IMG/VR virus record: IMGVR_UViG_3300017929_000004
Location: 5,566 to 69,565 of that record
Reading direction: 5' to 3' (one strand)
Source: a virus
DNA: 64,000 nt
Positions 17,209-25,597 of this stretch are shown piece by piece; positions within the stretch are counted from its first letter, which is position 1; each line of letters starts with the position of its first letter. A program made the position numbers and the translations under genes. The notes beneath the pieces were generated by a model. That model made no database searches, was not told where the DNA came from, and saw only the letters and a program-made list of their open reading frames with translations.

Positions 17209-17684
17209 GTCCCGTTTACCCCATCCTTATCGCAGTAGTCGTAATCCTCTGCACGCTGGTTCTTGTCGCTCTGTTTTGCGTCGGAGGTCTTCTACTTTGG
17301 CAGGTCTGGGCGCTCGTCAAAATCAACCGCATCATCTCGGAGTCCGTCGCGGCCCTTGTCGATCCGGTGAAGCAACTGCCGGCGGCCACAGCCAACCTCA
17401 TCAAGGTCTCGACGGAACTCAAGGAATTCCAAGAGGGTGAAGTCAGGCTCATGCGGCAACACATCAAGGCGGTGACGGACCTTACGGGGACCGTCGAAGA
17501 GTTTGAAGGGATGCTCGTGCGTCCGCCTTCTGCCGGAAGTCCGACACCAAGGGTTCGTCGCAGCGCGTCCGTCGCTCCCGCCACCGAGGGGGACGAAATG
17601 GAAATGGAGCAACGGCGAAAAGAATCCACAACGCTTGGGGGAGTTGACGTAAAGGATTTTGGGAAGAATGTTGGGACGGTTTAG
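17205..17684 (+). CDS. Membrane-anchored coiled-coil protein
   Basis: Long N-terminal TM segment; TAG stop overlaps the palindrome. Confidence 0.7.
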   Translation: MSPVYPILIAVVVILCTLVLVALFCVGGLLLWQVWALVKINRIISESVAALVDPVKQLPAATANLIKVSTELKEFQEGEVRLMRQHIKAVTDLTGTVEEFEGMLVRPPSAGSPTPRVRRSASVAPATEGDEMEMEQRRKESTTLGGVDVKDFGKNVGTV

Positions 17685-17697
17685 TGCAGGACTGCAC
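17684..17697. repeat. Palindrome GTGCAG-NN-CTGCAC copy
   Basis: TAGTGCAGGACTGCACTG. Confidence 0.9.
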
Positions 17698-17754
17698 TGA
17701 CGGTTTCCGTACCTCGGTTAAAAATAGAACTATATCGAGGAGAAAGGAGGCAAA

Positions 17755-17967
17755 TTGGATCCACTATTCGAAGTTCACAAATTGAACGAATTGGGTTTGA
17801 AGAAGGCACACGAAATCGCCTTCTTGTTCAACGACACTTTGAAGAAACTGAAATCATATGTTCCCGAAGGTCGGGAACTTGCGATTACGAAAACACATCT
17901 GGAGTCGGCCTGCTTCTTCGCAAAGAAGGCGATGGCAAACGACCCAGTTAACCAGGAGCCGGAATAA
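17755..17967 (+). CDS. Acb2/Tad1-like small helical protein (putative nucleotide-signal sponge)
   Basis: PEGRELAITKTHLESACFFAKKAMA resembles the Acb2/Tad1 C-terminal helix; AAGGAGG RBS. Confidence 0.55.
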   Translation: MDPLFEVHKLNELGLKKAHEIAFLFNDTLKKLKSYVPEGRELAITKTHLESACFFAKKAMANDPVNQEPE

Positions 17968-18827
17968 TGCTGCACTATCGCTGGACTGAAGTATCGGGAG
18001 TTCGCGAATGCGTTCAATGCCTGGCGCTCGGCGAGACAACAGTTCTTGAAAAGAAGTTGACACTACTTTCTGGCAACGATGCCTCGGTCAAATTCTCCTG
18101 CCCCGTTTGCGGCTTCGTCGCCGTGGGCATAGTCTCGGTGGACGGGTCGGAGCCACAGCAAGGCGAGGCGACTCCAGCAGCGAAGTCCCTCATCGTGGCT
18201 CCGACCGCCGAGGAAATAGAGGCCGTAAAGCCCAAACCTCCGCCGAAGGCTCAACGGATCATCGTGCCCACTGGCCCCCCAGTAGATGTCGAGGAACTCT
18301 ATGCCCATGCCGTGGCGAAGTTCCCGAAGGCCCTGAGACTCGATACTGGCGAAGTGCTTGCGGGAACGGTCACCAAGGGAAGGAATCAGGACGCCGCGTT
18401 CATCAAGGTGGTTTACACTGATGGCCAACCGATCGTCGATAAAGAGAGGGCGCCGAACCCGTACCACGTCGAGAAGCTTCTGTTCTGCGAGCCGACCCTG
18501 CCCGACGAGAAGGAGTTCGTCGAGGGCGTGAAGGCATCCGTTGAGGCCACGCTGAAGTCCAGAAACCCGCACCCGACCCGCGTCGTGGCTCCAGTGAAGC
18601 TCAACGAAGCGAGGTCGAGGCTCCGCACGATCTGCACTTACCCAATCAACGATGTGGGGACTCAATGTGGTGACACGACGGGAGCTTGCGGCCATCCTGG
18701 TATGCTGCGGAACGTCGCATCGCCGGGTGGGATGCGGGCGAACGTGGACCTGCAAAGTGCCCCTGACGGAAGCAGGGTGCTGTCGCTTCAAGAGCGGCTT
18801 GACCCAGAATCTCTGATCCAGCAGTGA
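17967..18827 (+). CDS. Hypothetical protein with an N-terminal Zn ribbon
   Basis: CVQC...CPVC; TAATG overlap. Confidence 0.65.
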   Translation: MLHYRWTEVSGVRECVQCLALGETTVLEKKLTLLSGNDASVKFSCPVCGFVAVGIVSVDGSEPQQGEATPAAKSLIVAPTAEEIEAVKPKPPPKAQRIIVPTGPPVDVEELYAHAVAKFPKALRLDTGEVLAGTVTKGRNQDAAFIKVVYTDGQPIVDKERAPNPYHVEKLLFCEPTLPDEKEFVEGVKASVEATLKSRNPHPTRVVAPVKLNEARSRLRTICTYPINDVGTQCGDTTGACGHPGMLRNVASPGGMRANVDLQSAPDGSRVLSLQERLDPESLIQQ

Positions 18828-18834
18828 GGTGAAT

Positions 18835-19425
18835 ATGAAAAACCTGATTTTAGGACTATTGTTTGGATTGCTTTTCTCGCTGGTCGGCTTCGGGCAGGAA
18901 GCCTACGTGGTTTCACTCAAGCCAGACGACGCGATGAAGGCGAAGGCCACCTACGACAAGTTGCAGCAGGCCCAAAAGGATTGGGCCGATACCCAAAAGC
19001 ACATCGCCCTCAAGTACCTCATCGTCGAGCCCACAGACCCCGAGGCATCGGATAAGCACTATGTGGGAGAAACGGACACTGGGATTAACATCTCTTCGTC
19101 AGGAACGCTGTCGAGCGGCAACCTCGCTTTGCGGTATATAACAACGATAGGCGGAAATCAATCTGAACCCACGAAAGAGGAGATTGCCCAACAAACCAAA
19201 GAAGAGAAAGCCTACATCGAACGATTCAACCGCGAGAAGCGCCAACGCAAAGGATTCGATGGGAATTGCTCAAACTGCCTGCCGAAGTTCGAGTTTACCC
19301 ACGACTTCAAGTTCATCGTGCCTTCGAAGCCAGAGGTAAAGGCGCCAGTCTCGCCGTTCTATCTTTCGCCGGCTGCGAAGACTTTGACGACCGACGATAG
19401 TGGTAGTGCAGGCCTGCCGTGGTGA
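18835..19425 (+). CDS. Exported hypothetical protein
   Basis: Signal peptide MKNLILGLLFGLLFSLVGFG. Confidence 0.7.
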   Translation: MKNLILGLLFGLLFSLVGFGQEAYVVSLKPDDAMKAKATYDKLQQAQKDWADTQKHIALKYLIVEPTDPEASDKHYVGETDTGINISSSGTLSSGNLALRYITTIGGNQSEPTKEEIAQQTKEEKAYIERFNREKRQRKGFDGNCSNCLPKFEFTHDFKFIVPSKPEVKAPVSPFYLSPAAKTLTTDDSGSAGLPW

Positions 19426-19428
19426 CCC

Positions 19429-20118
19429 ATGCCGATACAGCCATTCTGCACGAAGATCCTCCGCGAACGCGATGCTCCCAACCTTCCGCCGCCCGAAGAC
19501 CGCCACGTTAAAGTTGCCTGCTTGGCGTTCGACGGAAAGACGATCGGTGAAATCCGCTCCGAGTTCCCGCGAATCAGCGTGCAGATGATTGGGCAGTCGA
19601 TTCGGCTGACTCGCGACGCGGTTCGCCGCGGCAAGCCCCCCGACGAGGTCCTGCGGTTTCCTGAACTCATCGAAGAACAGGTGGCGTACAAGGTAGCTCC
19701 AGGCAAGCCATCGAAGGCCAGCGCCACGACGCGAGCCCTCAAGAGCCTTTCGACGGCTCTCGTCAAGATCGAGTTCAAGAGCTTCCCCGACTTCGTGCGA
19801 AGCGTGAAGGAACGCTTTGCACCAATCGGAGTGCCGCTCATCGTGCAGAAGATGTTGGAAGGCGTCGAACGTGAAGACCCCGAAATGATCAAACTCTCGA
19901 CGCAGGTATTCGACCTTGCCCCGAAGGGTAAGGGGTTGACATTACAGCAGCAGTTCAACATTCCCGGCGGAACGCCCGAGAAGAGGCCGAACGCCGACCA
20001 CCGTGTTGCATTCTTCGAAGAATTGGTGCGCAAGAACCGCGCCAAGATTGACTCAGCGACTCCGGCAGCGACCGCAGTAATTGACGCAGAAACCGTGGAA
20101 GGCAGCGACGAAGAGTAG
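19429..20118 (+). CDS. Hypothetical protein, positional candidate for small terminase
   Basis: Immediately upstream of the large terminase; no motif recognised. Confidence 0.45.
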   Translation: MPIQPFCTKILRERDAPNLPPPEDRHVKVACLAFDGKTIGEIRSEFPRISVQMIGQSIRLTRDAVRRGKPPDEVLRFPELIEEQVAYKVAPGKPSKASATTRALKSLSTALVKIEFKSFPDFVRSVKERFAPIGVPLIVQKMLEGVEREDPEMIKLSTQVFDLAPKGKGLTLQQQFNIPGGTPEKRPNADHRVAFFEELVRKNRAKIDSATPAATAVIDAETVEGSDEE

Positions 20119-20126
20119 CGGGCCGG

Positions 20127-23100
20127 ATGGCACTCGTACAGGTTTATCAAGAGTCTGACATAGCCACAGCGGTTGAGGAACTCAACCATCTTCGGGAACA
20201 GGTCCTCTACGAGGACAAGGATGCTGACCCGTGGGAAGCGCTGTCTTCGTCGGAGCTTGAGTGGATCGACGCCGAGATTGGGAAGTGCTGCGCCGACTTC
20301 CGGTACGCCGCATACAACTACTTCTGGTTGGGACACACCAAAGATTCAATTCCTTGCCTCTTCAATCTCTGGCCTGCACAGGAACTTTTCCTTTCCATCG
20401 TCGAGAATATGTGGGCAGAGGGAGAGCCTGCATGGATAATAACGCATAAGGCACGGCAATTAGGAATCAGCACAGTTGTCGAGGCCATCCTCGCTTGGAA
20501 GAATCTTTTCTTTTCCAACCAGATTTCGATGATCATCGCGCAGGATCCCGACCAAGCTGAGCACCTTCTGAAAATCTCGCTCTACATCATGGACCACATG
20601 CCGTGGTGGATGCGGCCGATGGAGCAGTCGCGAGAATTCAAAGAGGCTATGATTCTTGAGAACAAGGACCCCTATGAGCGTTCCTTCAAGGCTGGGCTCA
20701 ATAATTGGATCATCGCAAACGGCTGCACGAAGATTTCCGCATTTGGTCAGGGGAAACCCATACATATTTTTCATGGCAGCGAATTAAGCAGTTGGCCTTC
20801 CGACCGCGCCCGAAAGATCATTTCTCAGGACATGAAGTACGCCTTCGCGAAGAAGCCAGGGTGCCTCGCCGCGATGGAGTCGAAGCCTCGCGGCATGGTG
20901 GGCTACTGGTACAATATGTGGCACGTCTTCGACGGCCAGGGGTTGAGCGCAGAGTACTTCCCCTTCTATGTGCCAGCGTTCTTCGAAAAGGACCGGCGCC
21001 TCGACCCGCCGCCAGCATGGGAGCCCGACGAAGAGGCTATCGCCATTCGTGAGAACTACTCCCTGGAATGGACACAGTGTGACGAATGCGGAACTCCGCT
21101 GCCGATGCGCTGGGGGGAAATCGAGTCGTGTGTGAAGTGTGGATCGCCGAATCATTCGCCGATCCTGCTCGACGACGCTCAACTCTACTGGTATCAGGAA
21201 GAAAAGAAGACCGCCGCCGCGCAGGGGAAGCAGGAACTTCGCGACTTCTACCAGGAAATGAGTATCACGCCGGAACAGGGGTTTCAAGCATCGGGCATCA
21301 TCGTCTTCCCCGACGAAGTGATGGCCTACCTCCAACGGACTTGTCATCCGGGTCAGAAGGGCTACTTCGATGATGCCTTCAACTGGCATGCCGAGCGGAA
21401 CTGCAAAATCTGCCACGACGACCACTTGGGGGAAGACTACCCAATGGAAATGTGGGAGCCTCCGCAAGAAGGGGCGAGGTATGTAGCGGGCGTCGATGTC
21501 GCCGAGGGAGAAGAGGAAGGGGATTACTCAGTAATACACGTTATCAAGATGGGATATGGCTTCAAGATTCCCGACAAGCAAGTGTTTGAGTGGTACGGGC
21601 ACATCGACGGTCACGAGTTCGCCCGCGTCTGCTACCTCGTCGGGAAGGCGTACAACGAAGCGATGATGGCGATTGACGCCATCGGGCCTGGGTACGGAAC
21701 GCTCGGCCTGCTCCTTCATCAATTCAATTACGGCAACATCTATCGGTGGAAGCATCTCGACAGCTTCACGAAAATTCAGAGCAATAAGGCTGGGCTGTGG
21801 ACGAATTACAAGACGCGGCGAACGATGATTACTTGGGGGATTCGCTGGCTGCGCCGACAGATTTGGGAGATCCGGTCAACGCACTTCCTCGAGGAAGCTC
21901 CGTTCTTTCAGAAGGACGACGATGACGCCAAGGCAGAGGCACTTGAAGGGCACTTCGACGACTGCGTTCCAGAGGGAACGCTTGTAACTACCTCGACAGG
22001 TCAAAAACCGATAGAAGAAGTACGAGCCGGAGAACTCGTCCTAACCCATAAGGGGAGATTTATGCCTGTCACCCACACAGGCTCCCGCTTTGAGGACAAG
22101 AAACTCATCGAAGTTATGGCCTATGGAAGACCACCGCTTCTCGTTACAGCCGAACACAAACTCTGGCTTTCGCAAAAGGAATTCATCTATTACGAAAAGG
22201 GGAAAACCTGCGAGTACCAACCGAAAAAAAAGAGATGGAATCGCCATACCAGGGGAAGGCAAACGAAGAAGGTAGTCTATTCTGATCCGAACTGGGTTTC
22301 GTGGGAGTCGTCGCAGTTGAATTTGAAAGGTAAGTATGCGACCTGTTCTGTCGCCGCAACTGCAGAAATTGAAACTGAGAGAGTTGACCTTTTCAAAGGG
22401 TTGCCAGAGAGCTATCGCATAGTCGACGGAGTGTTGACAGCTTTTGCTAAAGGGACGATGCGGGAAATACCAACGCAGCATAAGATGAAGAGGTTCGTTC
22501 CTGTTGACAAGAATTTTCTCAGAATGATTGGCTATTATTTGGCCGAAGGCGCACGGGGACTCAGTAGCATTGCCTTTGCATCGCATCGAAGGGAGTTTCC
22601 AATCCGAAACTGGCTGATTGGCTATATTAAGAGCCTCGGAGCACACGCTGGAGAGTCTAAAACCTCAGCAAACGGTTCAGAAGTTTGGTGTAGTTCGATC
22701 CCATTGAACTATTTTTTTAGAGAATTTCGGAAAAGAGAAGGGAAGCGTTTGCCCTCTTGGGTGACGCTTCTTCCCCCAGAAAAGCAAAAAGAGGTGATTG
22801 TCGGATACCTCTTGGGAGATGGCTGTTTTCGTAGAGAATCAGGCGCTATCCAATCTGCTACGATTAGCCCAGAGGCAGCCTTCCAGATTTTCAATATGGC
22901 CATGCGCTGTGGTTGGGCTTGCTCACTCATTGGCTACTCGGGACAGAATGGTCACAAAAAGCAATGGAAGATTAACTTTTCGTCGTGGACTTCCAAAGAG
23001 ATAAAGTCTCTCATTGAGCCAGAAATACTAGCCTGCAAAAGACCACTAAGCCCGTTAAGAAGGATTTCAACGGACGTTATTAAATTGGTAGATGGTAGAA

Positions 23101-23534
23101 TGTTTGGGACAATCTACAGTACAAAAGAAATCCCGTTTTGTGGAACCGTCTACAATCTCAACGTTGAGGAAGACCATAGTTTCGTTGCCAACGGAACTGT
23201 AATTTCGAACAGCATTATGGCCGGCCTCTGTGCGAATTATGCTGCACATGAGGATGACCGCGACCCGATGACGGGCCGGTTCAACCTGCCGGCGGGAATC
23301 ACGCGAAGTCGCGAGGGCGGAAACTATATCGCCACATGCGTCAAAGGTCACAAGTTTGACACTGACGACCCAAGCCAGGGCGGTCACGCAAGGTGCCCGA
23401 AGTGCAACTCATTGATTCAGGGAGCAGAGAAAAAGCCGCAGAGTGGAACGCTCGAAGCGGAGCGGCTGATAGCGATGGTTACTGGTCCCAAGGCGGAGAA
23501 AGGATTTAACATTCCCCCTTTCGACCAATTATGA
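20127..23534 (+). CDS. terL: Terminase large subunit with intein
   Basis: KARQLGIST (Walker A), IFHGSE (Walker B), YVAGVDVAEG..GDYS and HFDD/SIMA (RNase H-like nuclease). Confidence 0.93.
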   Translation: MALVQVYQESDIATAVEELNHLREQVLYEDKDADPWEALSSSELEWIDAEIGKCCADFRYAAYNYFWLGHTKDSIPCLFNLWPAQELFLSIVENMWAEGEPAWIITHKARQLGISTVVEAILAWKNLFFSNQISMIIAQDPDQAEHLLKISLYIMDHMPWWMRPMEQSREFKEAMILENKDPYERSFKAGLNNWIIANGCTKISAFGQGKPIHIFHGSELSSWPSDRARKIISQDMKYAFAKKPGCLAAMESKPRGMVGYWYNMWHVFDGQGLSAEYFPFYVPAFFEKDRRLDPPPAWEPDEEAIAIRENYSLEWTQCDECGTPLPMRWGEIESCVKCGSPNHSPILLDDAQLYWYQEEKKTAAAQGKQELRDFYQEMSITPEQGFQASGIIVFPDEVMAYLQRTCHPGQKGYFDDAFNWHAERNCKICHDDHLGEDYPMEMWEPPQEGARYVAGVDVAEGEEEGDYSVIHVIKMGYGFKIPDKQVFEWYGHIDGHEFARVCYLVGKAYNEAMMAIDAIGPGYGTLGLLLHQFNYGNIYRWKHLDSFTKIQSNKAGLWTNYKTRRTMITWGIRWLRRQIWEIRSTHFLEEAPFFQKDDDDAKAEALEGHFDDCVPEGTLVTTSTGQKPIEEVRAGELVLTHKGRFMPVTHTGSRFEDKKLIEVMAYGRPPLLVTAEHKLWLSQKEFIYYEKGKTCEYQPKKKRWNRHTRGRQTKKVVYSDPNWVSWESSQLNLKGKYATCSVAATAEIETERVDLFKGLPESYRIVDGVLTAFAKGTMREIPTQHKMKRFVPVDKNFLRMIGYYLAEGARGLSSIAFASHRREFPIRNWLIGYIKSLGAHAGESKTSANGSEVWCSSIPLNYFFREFRKREGKRLPSWVTLLPPEKQKEVIVGYLLGDGCFRRESGAIQSATISPEAAFQIFNMAMRCGWACSLIGYSGQNGHKKQWKINFSSWTSKEIKSLIEPEILACKRPLSPLRRISTDVIKLVDGRMFGTIYSTKEIPFCGTVYNLNVEEDHSFVANGTVISNSIMAGLCANYAAHEDDRDPMTGRFNLPAGITRSREGGNYIATCVKGHKFDTDDPSQGGHARCPKCNSLIQGAEKKPQSGTLEAERLIAMVTGPKAEKGFNIPPFDQL
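21963..23210 (+). mobile_element. Intein (416 aa) with a LAGLIDADG homing endonuclease
   Basis: Starts CVPEGTLVTT, ends VYNLNVEEDHSFVANGTVISN, +1 Ser; IGYYLAEG and VGYLLGDG motifs; lower GC. Confidence 0.93.
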
Positions 23535-23566
23535 TGTAGAATCCCCACAGCGACGAGGAGGAAGTC

Positions 23567-24184
23567 ATGGAGCAAGAAACCTACCAGACAATCGAAGTCG
23601 AGGTTCCCCGGTCACAACTGATTATCCTGCGCAAGCTCTTCAACGGCGCGGCGGTGAAGGACGCCATCCAGAAGTGCGTTGAAACCTTCACAGCGGGTTG
23701 GCAGGCTGGGATTGAACTCACAACGGAAGGCATTACGGCGATCAGCAATCTGCTGAACGTGCGGAGTTTCAACTCTGAGGCATCGCTCATCGAGGCGATT
23801 CAGAAGCGGTTCAACATGGGGCCAATGACCGCCATCATCGAACTCGACGGAAACCTCGCTGCGGCCATCAAGCGAGTGGCGGCGGGGAACAATATCACGG
23901 TCAACGCATGTCTGAGGAATTACGTCCAGGCGGCGTTCGCGTCGGGGTACTTCAATCAGCGCATGAACCTGCAATCCCTCTTCTTCAGTCCGAAAGAGTG
24001 GGAGACTCTCAAAAAGGCACTTGGCGAGGTTCCCTCGACGGGCGGGAATGTAGCAAGCATCGTTGCTGAGTGGAAGGCGCTAAAAGCTCTTCCTGTTCCG
24101 CCGGTGCAGGGCTGCATTGGAGAACCAGAAGCAGTCCCGGATCCCGATGCTGTAGATCCATTGGGGGATATTCCGAGATTCTGA
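23567..24184 (+). CDS. Hypothetical protein
   Basis: GAGGAGG RBS. Confidence 0.7.
   Translation: MEQETYQTIEVEVPRSQLIILRKLFNGAAVKDAIQKCVETFTAGWQAGIELTTEGITAISNLLNVRSFNSEASLIEAIQKRFNMGPMTAIIELDGNLAAAIKRVAAGNNITVNACLRNYVQAAFASGYFNQRMNLQSLFFSPKEWETLKKALGEVPSTGGNVASIVAEWKALKALPVPPVQGCIGEPEAVPDPDAVDPLGDIPRF
24104..24117. repeat. Palindrome copy, 1 mismatch, intragenic
   Basis: GTGCAGGGCTGCAT. Confidence 0.6.
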
Positions 24185-24204
24185 AAGCAAGAGAGGAGAA
24201 AACA

Positions 24205-24468
24205 ATGCATTACGCAGACGGTTCTGAAGCCCACGCAGGGGACTTGGTGCTCCAGCGTGTTAAGACCACGGGAATCGAGTTACTCGGGATATTGATGTCG
24301 GCGACCGCAGACTCGACAAGTTGCAATGGCCAAATGCTGGGGCTTGCGAGGCGAGCAGTTTCCGATGCTGGCGAGACCGGCTGGATTCCCTACAACTACC
24401 CGTATGACTTAATGGTGACGGTCGGGGAACTTTTCCCGATTATAAAGAATATTCACAGCGACAGCTAA
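24205..24468 (+). CDS. Hypothetical protein (MHYADGSEAHAGD...)
   Basis: GAGGAG RBS. Confidence 0.65.
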   Translation: MHYADGSEAHAGDLVLQRVKTTGIELLGILMSATADSTSCNGQMLGLARRAVSDAGETGWIPYNYPYDLMVTVGELFPIIKNIHSDS

Positions 24469-24480
24469 GTGGGGCGACAG

Positions 24481-24963
24481 ATGCCAGTTTGGGACCTAAT
24501 TTGCAAAGACTGTGGGTACGAGAGGGATGATAAGTTCTTCGCGACGATAGCCCTTTCGGAAGTTCCACAGCGTTGTCCAGATTGTCGTGGGATTCTCGAT
24601 AAGAAAACTCCAACCGTTTGCTTCCAGCCGTTCAAGCCGTTTTTTACCCGGAATATTCGCAAGGACGGTTCCGAAGTATACGTTCGTGACCGCGCGCAAC
24701 TTCGCCAACTGATGCGCGAAGAGCACCTTGTCTTCCACCCCTACAACGATTCTCCAGAGTCCAAGATGGACCCACGGGAGAAGCAGGCCGAGGCTGAGGC
24801 GAGGAAGCGATTCCCGGCCCGGTACAAGAAGCTCAAAGAAGATGTGGCGGTGCTCACGAAGGAAAAGACTGAGCAAGTCGCCGTGAAGGCGCCGAATTTT
24901 GGGTTGGGACCCGATGGGAGAAGGGTTCCAACGCTTCAAGAAAGGCTACAGAAGCAGGCGTAG
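24481..24963 (+). CDS. FmdB-like zinc-ribbon protein
   Basis: MPVWDLICKDCG...CPDC. Confidence 0.75.
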   Translation: MPVWDLICKDCGYERDDKFFATIALSEVPQRCPDCRGILDKKTPTVCFQPFKPFFTRNIRKDGSEVYVRDRAQLRQLMREEHLVFHPYNDSPESKMDPREKQAEAEARKRFPARYKKLKEDVAVLTKEKTEQVAVKAPNFGLGPDGRRVPTLQERLQKQA

Positions 24964-24976
24964 TGCAGGCCTGCAC
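24963..24976. repeat. Palindrome GTGCAG-NN-CTGCAC copy
   Basis: TAGTGCAGGCCTGCAC between a stop and an RBS. Confidence 0.9.
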
Positions 24977-24998
24977 CGAGCAGCGATGAGGAGGGAAT

Positions 24999-25577
24999 AT
25001 GGATAGGAGAGGGATGCTTTCAATTCTCGGACTAGGCTCGGTTTTTGCGGGGGCCAGCAAAATCACCTGTTCGCCAATTCGAGAGATCGAACCCCCCGAC
25101 GAATTCGAGTACAGGGGATACCGAATAACCTGGACTGGATGGAAGAAAGGGCAGGACACAGCAGATCTGAAAGCCCAGTGGTTAGCCTACCCCAAAGAAG
25201 GCGATCATCGCCTTTACGTCAGCAACACTGGGACGTGGGGTTTGTTCTTCGACGGCGCTCACTTGAATTGCTCCTGGACTTGGGTTGACAGAGTTTCTTC
25301 CATTGACCAAAGCGCTGCTGGCTTGGCTTCAACGTGCGAACAGATGCGTGAAGCCATCATTCGACTCATTGACGATATCAACGAAAAGGGAATCGGTCCT
25401 GACAGATTATGGGAACCACCTTTGACTCATCCAGAGTTGAAGGGATACTTGGGTTGGAGGAAACTCAGTCCTGAACATTATGCCGTATGGGCGCGCGACG
25501 AGAGAATTGAGCAAGAGGGAAAAACTCGGATTCGTTACGCGGTCGGTTTTCCACGTTTCGGCAGCCGTTACGTATAG
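24999..25577 (+). CDS. Hypothetical protein with a twin-arginine-like N-terminus
   Basis: MDRRGMLSILGLG. Confidence 0.65.
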   Translation: MDRRGMLSILGLGSVFAGASKITCSPIREIEPPDEFEYRGYRITWTGWKKGQDTADLKAQWLAYPKEGDHRLYVSNTGTWGLFFDGAHLNCSWTWVDRVSSIDQSAAGLASTCEQMREAIIRLIDDINEKGIGPDRLWEPPLTHPELKGYLGWRKLSPEHYAVWARDERIEQEGKTRIRYAVGFPRFGSRYV

Positions 25578-25597
25578 GTTTGCACTGAGGAACAATC

